Below are positions 48,880 to 59,173 of a stretch of DNA of 64,000 nucleotides, piece by piece (positions within the stretch are counted from its first letter, which is position 1; the number at the start of each line of letters is the position of its first letter). A program made the translations under genes and the position numbers. Source of the stretch: an uncultured Collinsella sp. GTDB taxonomy: Bacteria; Actinomycetota; Coriobacteriia; Coriobacteriales; Coriobacteriaceae. The stretch covers positions 7,895 to 71,894 of the forward strand of contig CAJKFS010000001.1 of the NCBI GenBank assembly GCA_905199225.1. The letters are read 5' to 3'. The notes under the pieces were generated by a model that saw only the letters and a program-made list of their open reading frames with translations, did no database searches and had not been told where the DNA came from.

Positions 48880-49059
48880 ATGCCCGTACCTAAACAAAAG
48901 CAGGGTCGTATCCGCACTCACACCCGTCGTTCCGCCAACATGAAGATCTCGGCTGCGGCTCAGTCCACGTGCCCCCGTTGCGGCGCTGTCAAGCTTCCGC
49001 ACCACGTGTGCCCCAGCTGCGGTTTCTACAAGGACCGCGAGGTTATCGTTACCGAGTAA
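48880..49059 (+). CDS. rpmF: 50S ribosomal protein L32
   Basis: MPVPKQKQGRIRTHTRRS...CPRCGAVKLPHHVCPSCGFYKDREV. At 59 aa it is below the ORF-track cutoff and was translated by hand. Confidence 0.9.
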   Translation: MPVPKQKQGRIRTHTRRSANMKISAAAQSTCPRCGAVKLPHHVCPSCGFYKDREVIVTE

Positions 49060-49146
49060 CGGTATACTCTGGATGCGATGCCGTTCCAAATGGAACCACA
49101 ATGGCCGGCTCAATGAGTCGGCCATTTTTATATAAGGAGCATGTAT

Positions 49147-50166
49147 ATGAGTAACGTTCGCGTTTGTGTAGACGTTGTGGGTGGAGACGAGAAACCTCAG
49201 GTCGTTCTCGATGGTATCGAGGCTGCACTTGCCGCCGATCCCGATATCGAGGTCTTGGCAGCTGGTCCCGCCGAAATCGTCAATCCCTTTGCAGCTTCCC
49301 ATGCACGTGTTGAGGCCCTTGAGGCGCCTGACGTTATCGCCATGGATGACGATCCCATTCGCGCCGTGATGACCAAGCGTAAGTCGTCGATCGTGCTTTC
49401 TTGCCGCGCCATTAAGAAGGGCAACGCGGATGCGTTCTTCTCCGCCGGCTCCACCGGTGCCATGACCGCCGCCGCCACCGCCTATGTGACGCCGTTTAGG
49501 TATCAGGCCGAAGGCAAGAAGCAGCCGGTGCGCCCCTGTCTGACCAATGCGCTGCCCAATCGCGCCGGCGGTCTGACGGTGCTGTGCGACATGGGTGCCA
49601 ACCCCGATGTGGAGGTCGATGACATGGTGCGTTTTGCCCAGATGGGTAGCGCCTATGCCCGCGTCGTCCTGGGCATCGAGCATCCTCGCGTGGGCCTGCT
49701 TGCCAACGGCACCGAGGATGAGAAGGGCTCCAACTTTACCAAGGCCTGTTTCCCTGCTATGAAGGCCGCCGTTCCCGGCTTTGTTGGTAACTGCGAGGGC
49801 ACCGACCTCACCTCAGGTAACTTCGATGTCGTCGTTGCCGATGGCATGTCGGGTAATATCGCTCTCAAAGCTACCGAGGGCGCTGCCAAGTTTTTGCTGC
49901 AGGAGCTCAAGGGCGCCTTTATGGCCTCGCTCGGCACCAAGATCGCCGCGCTGCTCATTAAAAAGCAGATGCGCGAGATTAAGGCCAAGCTCTCTGGCGA
50001 CGCCAAGGGCGGCGCGATTCTTCTGGGCCTGCGCGGCGTGGTCCTGATCGGCCATGGTGCCACCTCAGTCGAGGCTGTCAAAAACGGTACGCTCGCGGCG
50101 GCCGAAGCCGTGCGCGCCGGGCTGGTCGAGAATGTCGCCAACTCTATGGATGGTATCGTTTTATAA
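49147..50166 (+). CDS. plsX: Phosphate acyltransferase PlsX
   Basis: Full-length PlsX homology and the conserved rpmF-plsX-acpP context. The ATG at 49147 is preferred because of the AAGGAG spacing. Confidence 0.9.
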   Translation: MSNVRVCVDVVGGDEKPQVVLDGIEAALAADPDIEVLAAGPAEIVNPFAASHARVEALEAPDVIAMDDDPIRAVMTKRKSSIVLSCRAIKKGNADAFFSAGSTGAMTAAATAYVTPFRYQAEGKKQPVRPCLTNALPNRAGGLTVLCDMGANPDVEVDDMVRFAQMGSAYARVVLGIEHPRVGLLANGTEDEKGSNFTKACFPAMKAAVPGFVGNCEGTDLTSGNFDVVVADGMSGNIALKATEGAAKFLLQELKGAFMASLGTKIAALLIKKQMREIKAKLSGDAKGGAILLGLRGVVLIGHGATSVEAVKNGTLAAAEAVRAGLVENVANSMDGIVL

Positions 50167-50290
50167 GAGCGAGTTAGAGCGCTGTTATGTGCTTCGCGGT
50201 GCACGCCGTGGGGTAGAATCAGAACCGTGTCTTGGTACCGCCCGGGCGGTACCATTCTTTTGGTATTCATGCACTATGAGAGGAAGCGCT

Positions 50291-50533
50291 ATGGACCGCT
50301 CCGAAATCTTCGACAAGATCGCCGAGGTCGCTGCTGACGTTCTGGGCGTCGATGTTGCCGAAATTAGCGAGGAGACCACCTTTGACGACCTCGATGCCAA
50401 CTCGCTCGAGCGCCTGCAGCTGGTTACGGCTATCGAGGACGAGTTCAACCTCGAGATCGATGACGAGACCCTGCTCTCGCTCAACTCTGTCGCCGACGCC
50501 GTCGACGCTATCGAAGCTGCCAAGGAGGCCTAA
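50291..50533 (+). CDS. acpP: Acyl carrier protein
   Basis: 80-aa acidic protein with the phosphopantetheine-attachment motif DLDANSLE. The track start at 50054 is rejected. Confidence 0.9.
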   Translation: MDRSEIFDKIAEVAADVLGVDVAEISEETTFDDLDANSLERLQLVTAIEDEFNLEIDDETLLSLNSVADAVDAIEAAKEA

Positions 50534-50536
50534 GTC

Positions 50537-51262
50537 TTGGCTTTATCCGACCGACTTACGCGCGCCCAGGAAATCCTGGGCCACGAGTTCAACAATAAGG
50601 TGCTGCTGCGCGCGGCGCTTACGCATCCCTCGGCAGTCGAGGGCCAGCCGGTTTCTGCCAGCTATGAGCGCCTTGAGTTCTTGGGCGATTCCATTTTGGG
50701 CGCTGTGGTCGCACGCTCCCTGTTTGAGTCCTATCCGGAGTTTGACGAGGGCAAGCTCACGCGCCTGAAGGTGTCGCTTGTCTCGGGCGCTACGCTGTCC
50801 GAGGTTTCTCACGAGCTGGGCATTGACGACATCATCATCTTTGGTGCCTCCGAGACCGGTACCGGTGCGCGCGGCCTGCATTCGGCCCTCGAGAACGTCT
50901 ATGAGTCGCTCGTGGGCGCGCTGTACCTGGATGCCGGCTGGGATGCGGCGGCGGAGTTCATTCACCGTACACTTAAGCCGCATTTGGCTTCCGAGCGTGC
51001 CGAGCATCCTGCGAACCCCAAGTCGTTTTTGCAGGAGTGCGTGCAAGCCGACGGTCACGAACCTCCGGCGTACAAGCTCGTTGGCTCCGAGGGCCCGGCG
51101 CATGCGCCCACCTTTACCGCTGTGGTTTTGATCGATGGTATTCGCCAGGGTCGCGGTTCCGGTTCCTCTAAGAAGGAAGCCGAGGGAGCCGCCGCGCTTG
51201 AGGCGCTCGACCGTATGGGTTACACCACCAACGGCGTGATTCTCAATAAGAAGCACGTGTAA
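50537..51262 (+). CDS. rnc: Ribonuclease III
   Basis: RNase III signature ERLEFLGDS and a C-terminal dsRBD. TTG start. Confidence 0.9.
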   Translation: MALSDRLTRAQEILGHEFNNKVLLRAALTHPSAVEGQPVSASYERLEFLGDSILGAVVARSLFESYPEFDEGKLTRLKVSLVSGATLSEVSHELGIDDIIIFGASETGTGARGLHSALENVYESLVGALYLDAGWDAAAEFIHRTLKPHLASERAEHPANPKSFLQECVQADGHEPPAYKLVGSEGPAHAPTFTAVVLIDGIRQGRGSGSSKKEAEGAAALEALDRMGYTTNGVILNKKHV

Positions 51263-51272
51263 GCGAGGAACC

Positions 51273-54200
51273 GTGTATCTCAAGTCCCTCACGCTCAAAG
51301 GGTTCAAGTCGTTTGCCGACCGCGCCCATATGACGTTTGAGCCGGGCCTGACCGTCATCGTCGGTCCCAACGGCTCGGGAAAATCGAACATCTCCGACTC
51401 CATCCTGTGGGTCCTGGGCGAGCAGAGCGCCAAGCAGTTGCGCGGCCAGGCCATGGAGGATGTCATTTTCTCGGGCTCGTCAGCGCGCAAGCCGGTGGGT
51501 GTCGCCGAGGTCACGCTTGTGCTCGATAACTCGGACCATATGCTGCCCGTCGATTTTGACGAGGTCGCCATCACCCGTCGTATGTATCGCTCGGGCGAAA
51601 GCGAGTACCTCATCAACTCGAGCCCGTGCCGCCTGATGGACATTCAGGACATCTTGCACGATTCGGGCCTGGGCAAGGATACGCATTCCATCATCAGCCA
51701 GGGCAAGCTCGACGCCATTTTGCAGAGCCGCCCCGAGGAGCGCCGCGCCCTCATCGAGGAGGCCGCCGGCATCTCCAAGCACAAGCGCCGCAAGGAGCGT
51801 GCGCTCAAAAAGATTAAGTCGATGGACGAGCACCTGACGCGTGCCCGCGACATCAATAAGGAAATCGCCCGTCAGCTGCGACCGCTGGAGCGTCAGGTCG
51901 ATCGTGCGCGCAAGTACAAAGAGTTGTCCTCGCGCGCGAACGAGCTTACGCAGATGCTGGCCGTCGATGAGCTGCGTTCGCTGCAGTCGCAGTGGAACGA
52001 CCTGGAGAGCCGCTCCAAGGAGGGCGCGGCCGAGCTTGAGCTTGCGCAGTACCGCTTGGGCGAAAAGGAGCGCGAGCTCGAGAAGCTCCAGGTCATGCTC
52101 GAGGAAAAGGGCCTGTTTGTGGGCGACCTGGGCGAGCAACGCCGCCATATGCAAGATGTGGTCGGCCGCATTAACTCCGACATGCGCCTGCTCGAAGAAA
52201 AGGGCCACAACATGGTGTCGCGCCTGTCTGACATGCGCGGTCAGATTTCGAGCTCCGAGCATCAGCGTCGTCGCGTGGTCGAGGAGCTTGAGGACGCGCG
52301 TGCGCAGCTTGAGGAAGTGACCGGTGCGCATATGCAGGCCCAGGAGGACGTTGACGCCGCTGGTCCTGCCGCCGCCGAGCTCCACGAGCGGCGCGTGGCG
52401 CTCGACAATCAGATTTCGAAGCTTACGCGCGAACAACGCGATGTGCAGCGCGTAGCCGATAACGCCGCGCTCGAGCTCGCCAAGGTGAAGGATTCCTTGA
52501 GCAATGCCGAGGTCGAGGACAACATGTATGCCTCGCGCCTGGAGCAGATCGATGAACAGCTCGAGGAGGTTACAGCATCGCTTGATAGCCGTCGCGACCG
52601 TGCTGAGGAGCTTGAGAGTGCCCTTGAGGAAGCGCGCCAGGCTCAGGTCGATGCGCGTGAGGCCACCGAGACGGCACGCGCGGCCCTGAAGGACCTGCGT
52701 GCCCGTGAGAGCGAGGCACGCAACAAGTTATCCGAGGTGCGCTCGGAGCTTGCCAGCCAAAAGAAACTCGATGCCCGCATGGCCGACAGCTCGCCGCTCG
52801 TGAGCCGTCTGGTGGGTGCACTGGGCGACGATGTCTTGGGTCGTCTGGGCGACGTGCTGGAGGCCCCGCGCGAGCTTGAGGGCCTGGTTGAGCAATTGCT
52901 CGCCGGCGATATCGATGCGCTGCTGTTTGATGACGCCGCCACGCTTGAGCGTGCCGGTCGTGCGGCTCTGGACCAAAAGAAGGCCTCGGGCGAGGCACTG
53001 CTGGTGGCGCGCGGCGTGAGCGGCTCTACCGCCGCTGAGGGCGCCTCCGGTACCCGTCTGGTTGATCGTCTGTCCGTGCGCGCAGGCTACGGTCCCGTCG
53101 TCGAGGCGCTGCTCGGCGGCTATTACGTCGTTGACGATCTTGCTGCCGCGCTGTCGGCGCCGGTCGTTGAAGGCGTGACTTACGTGACCCCCGATGGCGC
53201 CCGCGTCGCCTGCGGCGGCCTGGTGCGCGTGGGGCTTGATGCCGGTGAGGCTTCGGGCGCCTTGGAGCGTAAGCGTCGCATTCGCGAGCTCGAGGGCCTG
53301 GAGCCCGATTTGGCCGCTACGTTCGAGCATGTTTCGGATCAGGTCATCGAGGCCAATGCGGCCGTCGAGGAGGCACGTGCCGCCGAGGGCGATGCCGCCG
53401 GCGAGATTGCCCGCCTTGAGGGCGAGCGCCGCTCGCTCCTGTCCGAGATCGGCCGCCTTGAGCAGAGTGCCAACAACGCCGAGGTCGAGCGCGTTCGCAT
53501 TTCCAAGCGCCGTGAGCAGGCTGCCGAGGCCGTCCACGCCGCACGTCCGCGTGTCGATGAGCTCACCCGTTCGCGTGACGAGGCCCGTGCGCAGGCAAGC
53601 GACCTGGGACTTCAGATTGCCGAGGCCAATGACGAGCTCGATCGCGTACGTCACGACGACTCCGAGGCCGCCGGCAGGCTCGCCGACGCCAAGGTTCGCC
53701 TGGCCCAGACGAGCGAGCGCCTGCGTTCGCTGAAGGGTCGCGTGCCCGATCTGGAGCATCGCCTGGAGGGCATCGATCGTCGCATCCGTGGAACGCGACA
53801 GGCCTCGCGCTCGCTTGAGTTGCTGCGCCTGCGTGTCGATCCCATGCATGAGCGCTATTCGGCTCTGCTGGAGCGTGCCTCGGACTGGGCGGCACGCCTG
53901 CGTGATCAGGCTTCGCTCGAGGAGGCGGACTCGGCTTCGCTCAAGAAGACCATCGAGGACGCCAAGGCCGAGGTCGCTCGCGCCAAGGAGAAGGTCAACA
54001 CCGCCACCGCAACGCAAAACGAGTTCAAAGTCGCACGCGGCAAGCTCGAGGTGCAGGTCGAGGCTGCGATCAAGGCCATTACCGCCGATGGCACCACGGT
54101 GCTCGAGGAAGCGCTCATGCTGCCGGCACCCACCGATCGTGACGCCGCCGAGCGCGAGCTCAACCAGCTCGTGCGCCAGATCAACAACTTGGGTCCCGTA

Positions 54201-54809
54201 AACCAAGTTGCCATGGAGGAGTACGAGCAGCTCAAGCGACGTGCCGACTACATCGAGGAGCAGCTGGCCGATCTGGAGAGCGCGCGCAAGGCGCTCACCA
54301 AGATCACCGTGGCGATCGACCGCAAGATGCGCAAGGCGTTCCTCGTGACCTTTGAGAAGGTCGATGCGAACTTCCGCGAGATCTTCGCCATGCTCTTCCC
54401 GGGCGGTCAGGCCCATCTTGAGATGACCGACCCCGAGCATCCGGCCGAGACGGGTATCGAGGTCGTGGCGCAGCCGCGTGGCAAGCGCATCACCAAGATG
54501 ATGCTCATGTCGGGCGGCGAGAAGAGCCTGACGGCGCTCGCCCTGCTCTTTGCCGTATACCGCACGCGCACGGTGCCGTTCTATGTGCTGGATGAGGTCG
54601 AGGCGGCGCTCGACGACGCCAACCTGTCCAAGCTCATCGGCGCCCTCGATGTGCTGCGTTCCGATACGCAGCTCTTGGTAATCTCGCATCAGCGCCGTAC
54701 TATGGAGGACGCCGACGTTCTCTACGGCGTCTCGATGCAAGCCGACGGCGTCAGTCGCGTCGTCTCGCAAAAACTCGATCGCGAAACCGGAAAGGTCGTG
54801 AATGCATAA
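51273..54809 (+). CDS. smc: Chromosome partition protein SMC
   Basis: N-terminal Walker A GPNGSGKSN, long coiled coils, a hinge, and a C-terminal signature/Walker B (LSGGEKSLTALALLFA...YVLDEVEAALD). Confidence 0.95.
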   Translation: MYLKSLTLKGFKSFADRAHMTFEPGLTVIVGPNGSGKSNISDSILWVLGEQSAKQLRGQAMEDVIFSGSSARKPVGVAEVTLVLDNSDHMLPVDFDEVAITRRMYRSGESEYLINSSPCRLMDIQDILHDSGLGKDTHSIISQGKLDAILQSRPEERRALIEEAAGISKHKRRKERALKKIKSMDEHLTRARDINKEIARQLRPLERQVDRARKYKELSSRANELTQMLAVDELRSLQSQWNDLESRSKEGAAELELAQYRLGEKERELEKLQVMLEEKGLFVGDLGEQRRHMQDVVGRINSDMRLLEEKGHNMVSRLSDMRGQISSSEHQRRRVVEELEDARAQLEEVTGAHMQAQEDVDAAGPAAAELHERRVALDNQISKLTREQRDVQRVADNAALELAKVKDSLSNAEVEDNMYASRLEQIDEQLEEVTASLDSRRDRAEELESALEEARQAQVDAREATETARAALKDLRARESEARNKLSEVRSELASQKKLDARMADSSPLVSRLVGALGDDVLGRLGDVLEAPRELEGLVEQLLAGDIDALLFDDAATLERAGRAALDQKKASGEALLVARGVSGSTAAEGASGTRLVDRLSVRAGYGPVVEALLGGYYVVDDLAAALSAPVVEGVTYVTPDGARVACGGLVRVGLDAGEASGALERKRRIRELEGLEPDLAATFEHVSDQVIEANAAVEEARAAEGDAAGEIARLEGERRSLLSEIGRLEQSANNAEVERVRISKRREQAAEAVHAARPRVDELTRSRDEARAQASDLGLQIAEANDELDRVRHDDSEAAGRLADAKVRLAQTSERLRSLKGRVPDLEHRLEGIDRRIRGTRQASRSLELLRLRVDPMHERYSALLERASDWAARLRDQASLEEADSASLKKTIEDAKAEVARAKEKVNTATATQNEFKVARGKLEVQVEAAIKAITADGTTVLEEALMLPAPTDRDAAERELNQLVRQINNLGPVNQVAMEEYEQLKRRADYIEEQLADLESARKALTKITVAIDRKMRKAFLVTFEKVDANFREIFAMLFPGGQAHLEMTDPEHPAETGIEVVAQPRGKRITKMMLMSGGEKSLTALALLFAVYRTRTVPFYVLDEVEAALDDANLSKLIGALDVLRSDTQLLVISHQRRTMEDADVLYGVSMQADGVSRVVSQKLDRETGKVVNA

Positions 54810-55726
54810 TGGGATTCTTTGACGCTCTCTCGCGCGGACTTGAGCGCAGCCGCGAGGCCCTCAACGAGGTCTTTTACTTTGGCGGTGAGGTCGACGAGGA
54901 TTTTTGGGAGGACCTTGAGGACACCCTTGTCATGGGTGACATGGGTGCCGAGGTCGCCATTCAGGTCTCCGATGACTTGCGCGATGCCGCGGCCAAGAAA
55001 AACCTTAAGACCGCCCCGCAGCTTCGCCGCACCCTGGCCGAGCAGCTCGAGGGCCACTTTGTGCCTGTTGAGCGCGATCCGTTCTCCGATACACCGAGCT
55101 GCGTGCTGTTTGTCGGTATCAACGGTGCCGGCAAGACCACCACGGTCGGTAAGATCGCGAGCGCCATGTCCGCCCGCGGCAAGAACGTCGTGATCGGTTC
55201 TGCCGATACGTTCCGCGCTGCCGCCATCGAGCAGCTCGATGTGTGGGGCCAGCGCGCTAGCGTCCCCGTCATTAAGCGCGACCGTGGCTCCGATCCGGCG
55301 AGCGTGTGCTATGACGTGCTCGACGAGGCCGACAAGCGCGGCAGCGACCTGGTGCTTATCGATACCGCCGGCCGTCTACACACGAGCCCAGAGCTCATGC
55401 GCGAGCTTGCCAAGGTGGTCAACGTGACGCGTAAGCGCGCCGCCAATATGGCCGCCGGCCCCATGCCCGTCTCAGTTGTGCTCGTGATCGATGCCGCCAC
55501 CGGCCAGAACGGTCTGAACCAGGCGCTCGAGTTTAACGAGGCACTGGGCCTGGACGGTATTATCATGACTAAGCTCGACGGCACGGCTAAGGGCGGTATC
55601 GCCATGGCCGTGGCCGAGAAGCTCAAGCTCCCGATCCTGCGCGTGGGCGTGGGCGAGCAGGTCGATGACCTGCAGGAGTTCAATGCCAAAGATTTCTGCC
55701 GCGCCCTGGTGGGCGAGTCCAATTAA
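54809..55726 (+). CDS. ftsY: Signal recognition particle receptor FtsY, short form (NG domain only)
   Basis: GINGAGKTTT, DTAGR and TKLDG motifs. The start overlaps the smc stop (TAATG). Confidence 0.9.
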   Translation: MGFFDALSRGLERSREALNEVFYFGGEVDEDFWEDLEDTLVMGDMGAEVAIQVSDDLRDAAAKKNLKTAPQLRRTLAEQLEGHFVPVERDPFSDTPSCVLFVGINGAGKTTTVGKIASAMSARGKNVVIGSADTFRAAAIEQLDVWGQRASVPVIKRDRGSDPASVCYDVLDEADKRGSDLVLIDTAGRLHTSPELMRELAKVVNVTRKRAANMAAGPMPVSVVLVIDAATGQNGLNQALEFNEALGLDGIIMTKLDGTAKGGIAMAVAEKLKLPILRVGVGEQVDDLQEFNAKDFCRALVGESN

Positions 55727-55736
55727 GGAGTGACTA

Positions 55737-57212
55737 GTGTTTGATTCCCTGAGCGATCGCCTCAACGACACATTTGACCGCCTGCGTGGCAAGGGCAAGC
55801 TGACCGAGGCCGATATCACCTCGGCCATGCGCGACATCCGTATGGCGCTGTTAGAGGCGGATGTCAACTTCAAGGTCGTCAAGGAGTTCGTCGCCAAGAC
55901 CAAGGAGCGCTGCATGACCGCCGAGGTCATGGAGTCGCTGTCGCCAGCGCAAAACGTCGTCAAGATCGTGCTCGACGAGCTCACCGAGATGCTTGGCTCA
56001 ACCGAGAGCAAGCTCGTCTTTAGCAACCGTATTCCCAATGTCATCATGCTCGTGGGCCTGCAGGGCTCCGGTAAGACCACGGCGGCCGTAAAGCTGGCCT
56101 ACCTGCTCAAGAAGCAGGGCCGCTCGCCGCTGCTCGCCGCGTGCGACGTCTACCGTCCCGCCGCTGCCGACCAGCTTGCCACGCTCGGCGGCGAGATTGG
56201 CGTACCGGTCTTTCGCGGCGACGGTGCGCACCCGGTTGATATCGCCAAGGGCGCCATCCAAGAGGCCGTCGATCACCTGCGTGACGTGGTCATCGTCGAT
56301 ACCGCCGGTCGTCTTCAGATCGACGAGCAGATGATGCAGGAGGCCGTCGACATCAAGAAGGCCGTCAAGCCCGACCAGGTGCTGATGGTCGTCGACGCCA
56401 TGACCGGCCAGGACATCGTCAACGTCGTCTCGACCTTCGCCGATCGCACCGACTTTGACGGTGTGATCATCTCCAAGCTCGATGGCGATGCCCGTGGCGG
56501 CGGCGCGCTTTCCGTGCGCCAGGTGACCGGCAAGCCCATCAAGTTCGTGAGCATGGGCGAGAAGCCCGATTCGCTGGAGCCGTTCTATCCCGATCGTATG
56601 GCCAAGCGCATTCTGGGTATGGGCGACGTTGTCGGCATTATTGAGAAGGCCCAGGAGGCGGCCGACGCCGAGCAGCTCGAGGCTGCCGAGCGCATGCTGC
56701 GCGAGGGCTTCACCATGAATGACATGCTCGACCAGATGAAGGCCGTCAAGAAGATGGGCGGCATGAAGGGCATCCTGGGCATGCTCCCCGGCGGCCAGCG
56801 TGCGCTCAACCAGATGGGCGGCAACCTGGACGAGGGCATCTTCGACAAGAACGAGGCCATCATCATGTCGATGACCAAGGAGGAGCGCCTTCGCCCCTCC
56901 ATCATCAACGGTCAGCGCCGTGCCCGCATTGCCAAGGGCGCCGGCGTGACCCCCACCGAGGTCAATAGCCTTATGAAGCAGTGGGGCGAGATGAACAAGA
57001 TGATGGGCCGCATGCGCACGATGGCCAATCAGGCGCAGGCCGGCGGCAAGAAGGGCAAGAAGGGTAAGAAGGGCAAAAAGATGCGCATGCCCAATATTCC
57101 CGGTCTGGATGCCATGGGGCTGGGCGGCATGGGCGGCCTGGGAACGGGCGGCCCCAAGTCCGATATGGACCTGCTGCGCCAGATGGAAGCGCAGATGCGT
57201 AATAAGAAATAG
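55737..57212 (+). CDS. ffh: Signal recognition particle protein Ffh (SRP54)
   Basis: NG domain GLQGSGKTT and a Met/Gly/Lys-rich M-domain tail. Confidence 0.95.
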   Translation: MFDSLSDRLNDTFDRLRGKGKLTEADITSAMRDIRMALLEADVNFKVVKEFVAKTKERCMTAEVMESLSPAQNVVKIVLDELTEMLGSTESKLVFSNRIPNVIMLVGLQGSGKTTAAVKLAYLLKKQGRSPLLAACDVYRPAAADQLATLGGEIGVPVFRGDGAHPVDIAKGAIQEAVDHLRDVVIVDTAGRLQIDEQMMQEAVDIKKAVKPDQVLMVVDAMTGQDIVNVVSTFADRTDFDGVIISKLDGDARGGGALSVRQVTGKPIKFVSMGEKPDSLEPFYPDRMAKRILGMGDVVGIIEKAQEAADAEQLEAAERMLREGFTMNDMLDQMKAVKKMGGMKGILGMLPGGQRALNQMGGNLDEGIFDKNEAIIMSMTKEERLRPSIINGQRRARIAKGAGVTPTEVNSLMKQWGEMNKMMGRMRTMANQAQAGGKKGKKGKKGKKMRMPNIPGLDAMGLGGMGGLGTGGPKSDMDLLRQMEAQMRNKK

Positions 57213-57237
57213 AGCTCTAATTCCAGTTTGATATGGC

Positions 57238-57269
57238 AAAGGCCACTCGGAAGCTGCCGGGTGGCCTTT
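57238..57269. terminator. Bidirectional hairpin terminator (AAAGGCCAC...GTGGCCTTT) between ffh (+) and the DUF134-fusion gene (-)
   Basis: Read directly from the sequence. Followed by GTTGTTGG. Confidence 0.55.
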
Positions 57270-57332
57270 GTTGTTGGCTTTGATTGTTGGGTTGCGTTCA
57301 GCGTCGCGCCCCGAGCTCGCGGTGTCGTGCCG

Positions 57333-58103
57333 TTAGTGGCAGCCACAGCCCTCGTGGCCCTCGTGCTCGTGATGGTCGTGGCAGCTGCAGGACTCGCCGT
57401 GTTCGTGGGCGTGGCCGTGGTCATGGCCGTGGCAGCCGCATGTGGCCTCGCCGTTCTGTGCGAGCGTGCCGGCAATAAGGGCTTCGACGCAAGCGTCGCA
57501 GCTGCCCTGGGCACCTGCGTATACCGTGATGCCGGCTTGGGCAAGCGCGTTGATGGCGCCACCGCCGATGCCGCCGCAGATGAGCGTGTCCACACCGCCG
57601 TTGGCGAGCAGGCCCGCCAGGGCGCCGTGGCCGGTGCCGCCGGTGCCCACGACCTGCTCGTTGAGCACCTTGCCGTCCTGAATGTCGTAGATCTTGAACT
57701 GCTCGCTGCGGCCAAAGTGCATAAAGATGTTGCCGTTGTCGTACGTCGTTGCCACCCTCATGGTGCCGACCTCCTTTGCTGGCCATGCGGCCGTCGTCGA
57801 GGCGATGGGGGAGTACGCGATATTGCCGCCCTCGATGACGAGCGCTCGTCCGTTGACCAGCGCATCGGCCACCTTGCGATGCGCGCGGCTGCAAATGGCC
57901 GCCACCGTTGCACGGGCGATGCCCATGTGTTGGGCGACTGCCTCTTGGTTAAGGCCTTCCAAGTCGCACAGGCGCAGCACCTCGAGCTCGTCGACTGTCA
58001 TATCGATGGCATCGCCGCTCGCCAGGCCATCGGGGGTGAAGCCGCGGTATTCGGGGATGATCCCGACGCGGCGCAGTTTTTCGCGTCTTCCTGCCATGCA
58101 CAC
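57333..58103 (-). CDS. Fusion protein: DUF134 (UPF0251) DNA-binding domain, a dinitrogenase FeMo-cofactor-binding-like (NifX/NafY fold) domain, and a His/Cys-rich C-terminal tail
   Basis: N-terminus EYRGFTPDG...DELEVLRLCDLEGLNQEAVAQHMGIARATVAAICSRAHRKVADALVNGRALVIEGG matches DUF134. The central part MRVATTYDNGN...HFGRSEQFKIYD...GGIGGGAINALAQAGITVY matches Nitro_FeMo-Co. The tail is CGCHGHDHGHAHEHGESCSCHDHHEHEGHEGCGCH. Confidence 0.75.
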   Translation of the reverse strand: MCMAGRREKLRRVGIIPEYRGFTPDGLASGDAIDMTVDELEVLRLCDLEGLNQEAVAQHMGIARATVAAICSRAHRKVADALVNGRALVIEGGNIAYSPIASTTAAWPAKEVGTMRVATTYDNGNIFMHFGRSEQFKIYDIQDGKVLNEQVVGTGGTGHGALAGLLANGGVDTLICGGIGGGAINALAQAGITVYAGAQGSCDACVEALIAGTLAQNGEATCGCHGHDHGHAHEHGESCSCHDHHEHEGHEGCGCH

Positions 58104-58325
58104 TCCTTATCTGACATATGTCAACAATAGGATAACGCGTTAGTCGTTGGGCGCAAGGCATTTCTGGCATATGTCAGAAAAAGGCTAAGATGCCTCGTTG
58201 CCGCTTGCGGAGCCGCGCTGCCGTGCATTGCGTGTGCCGGACTAAGTGTCCAATTCGACACTTGCGCGCCTGGGCTACAATAAATCTCGCTTATAGGCGA
58301 CTGACAGGAGGGTCAATGAGCAAAG

Positions 58326-59164
58326 CTGATCAGCAGTTTGTAACCATGTGCCGCGATATCTTGGATCATGGCACCACCACCGAGGGCCAAAAGGTCCGTC
58401 CGGTGTGGGAGGACGGCACCCCTGCCTATACCATTAAAAACTTTGGTGTCACGGCGCGCTATGATCTGCGCGAGGAGTTCCCCGCGCTCACCCTGCGTCG
58501 TACGGCGCTTAAGTCTGCCATGGACGAGATTCTGTGGATCTATCAAAAGAAGTCCAATAACGTGCATGATCTCAACAGCCATATCTGGGATGAGTGGGCC
58601 GATGAGACCGGTTCCATCGGTAAAGCCTACGGCTATCAGATTGGTCAGAAGAGCCATTACGCCGAGGGCGACTTCGACCAGATGGACCGTGTGCTGTACG
58701 ACCTTAAGCACACGCCGTATAGTCGCCGCATTATGACCAATACGTACGTGTTTAGCGATCTGTCCGAGATGCACCTTTATCCGTGCGCCTATAGCGTGAC
58801 CTATAACGTGACGCAGCGTCCTCAGGACGACAAGCCGACGCTCAACATGATTCTCAACCAGCGCAGCCAGGACATTTTGGCCGCGAACAACTGGAACGTG
58901 TGCCAGTACGCCATTTTGCTGATGATGGTCGCGCAGTCGGTCGATATGATTCCCGGTGAGCTGTTGCACGTGATCGCCGACGCCCATGTCTATGATCGTC
59001 ATGTCGATATCGTCCGCGAGCTTATCGAGCGTCCGCAGTTTGCGGCACCCAAGGTAACGCTCAACCCCGATGTGCATGACTTCTATGCGTTTACGACCGA
59101 TGACCTGATCGTCGAGGGCTATGAGCACGGCCCGCAGGTCAAGAACATTCCCATTGCGGTGTAG
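58326..59164 (+). CDS. thyA: Thymidylate synthase
   Basis: Full-length ThyA. The catalytic cysteine context (motif written from recall) is ...RIMTNTYVFSD...PCAY...; in the translated protein the order is ...RIMTNTYVFSD...PCAY.... AGGAGGG precedes the ATG at 58326. The track start at 58190 is rejected. Confidence 0.9.
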
Positions 59165-59173
59165 GTGGTGCTC

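Noticed and set aside
54809-55726. Treating the short FtsY (305 aa, no acidic A-domain) as unusual
   Set aside because: NG-only FtsY is normal in many Gram-positive bacteria.
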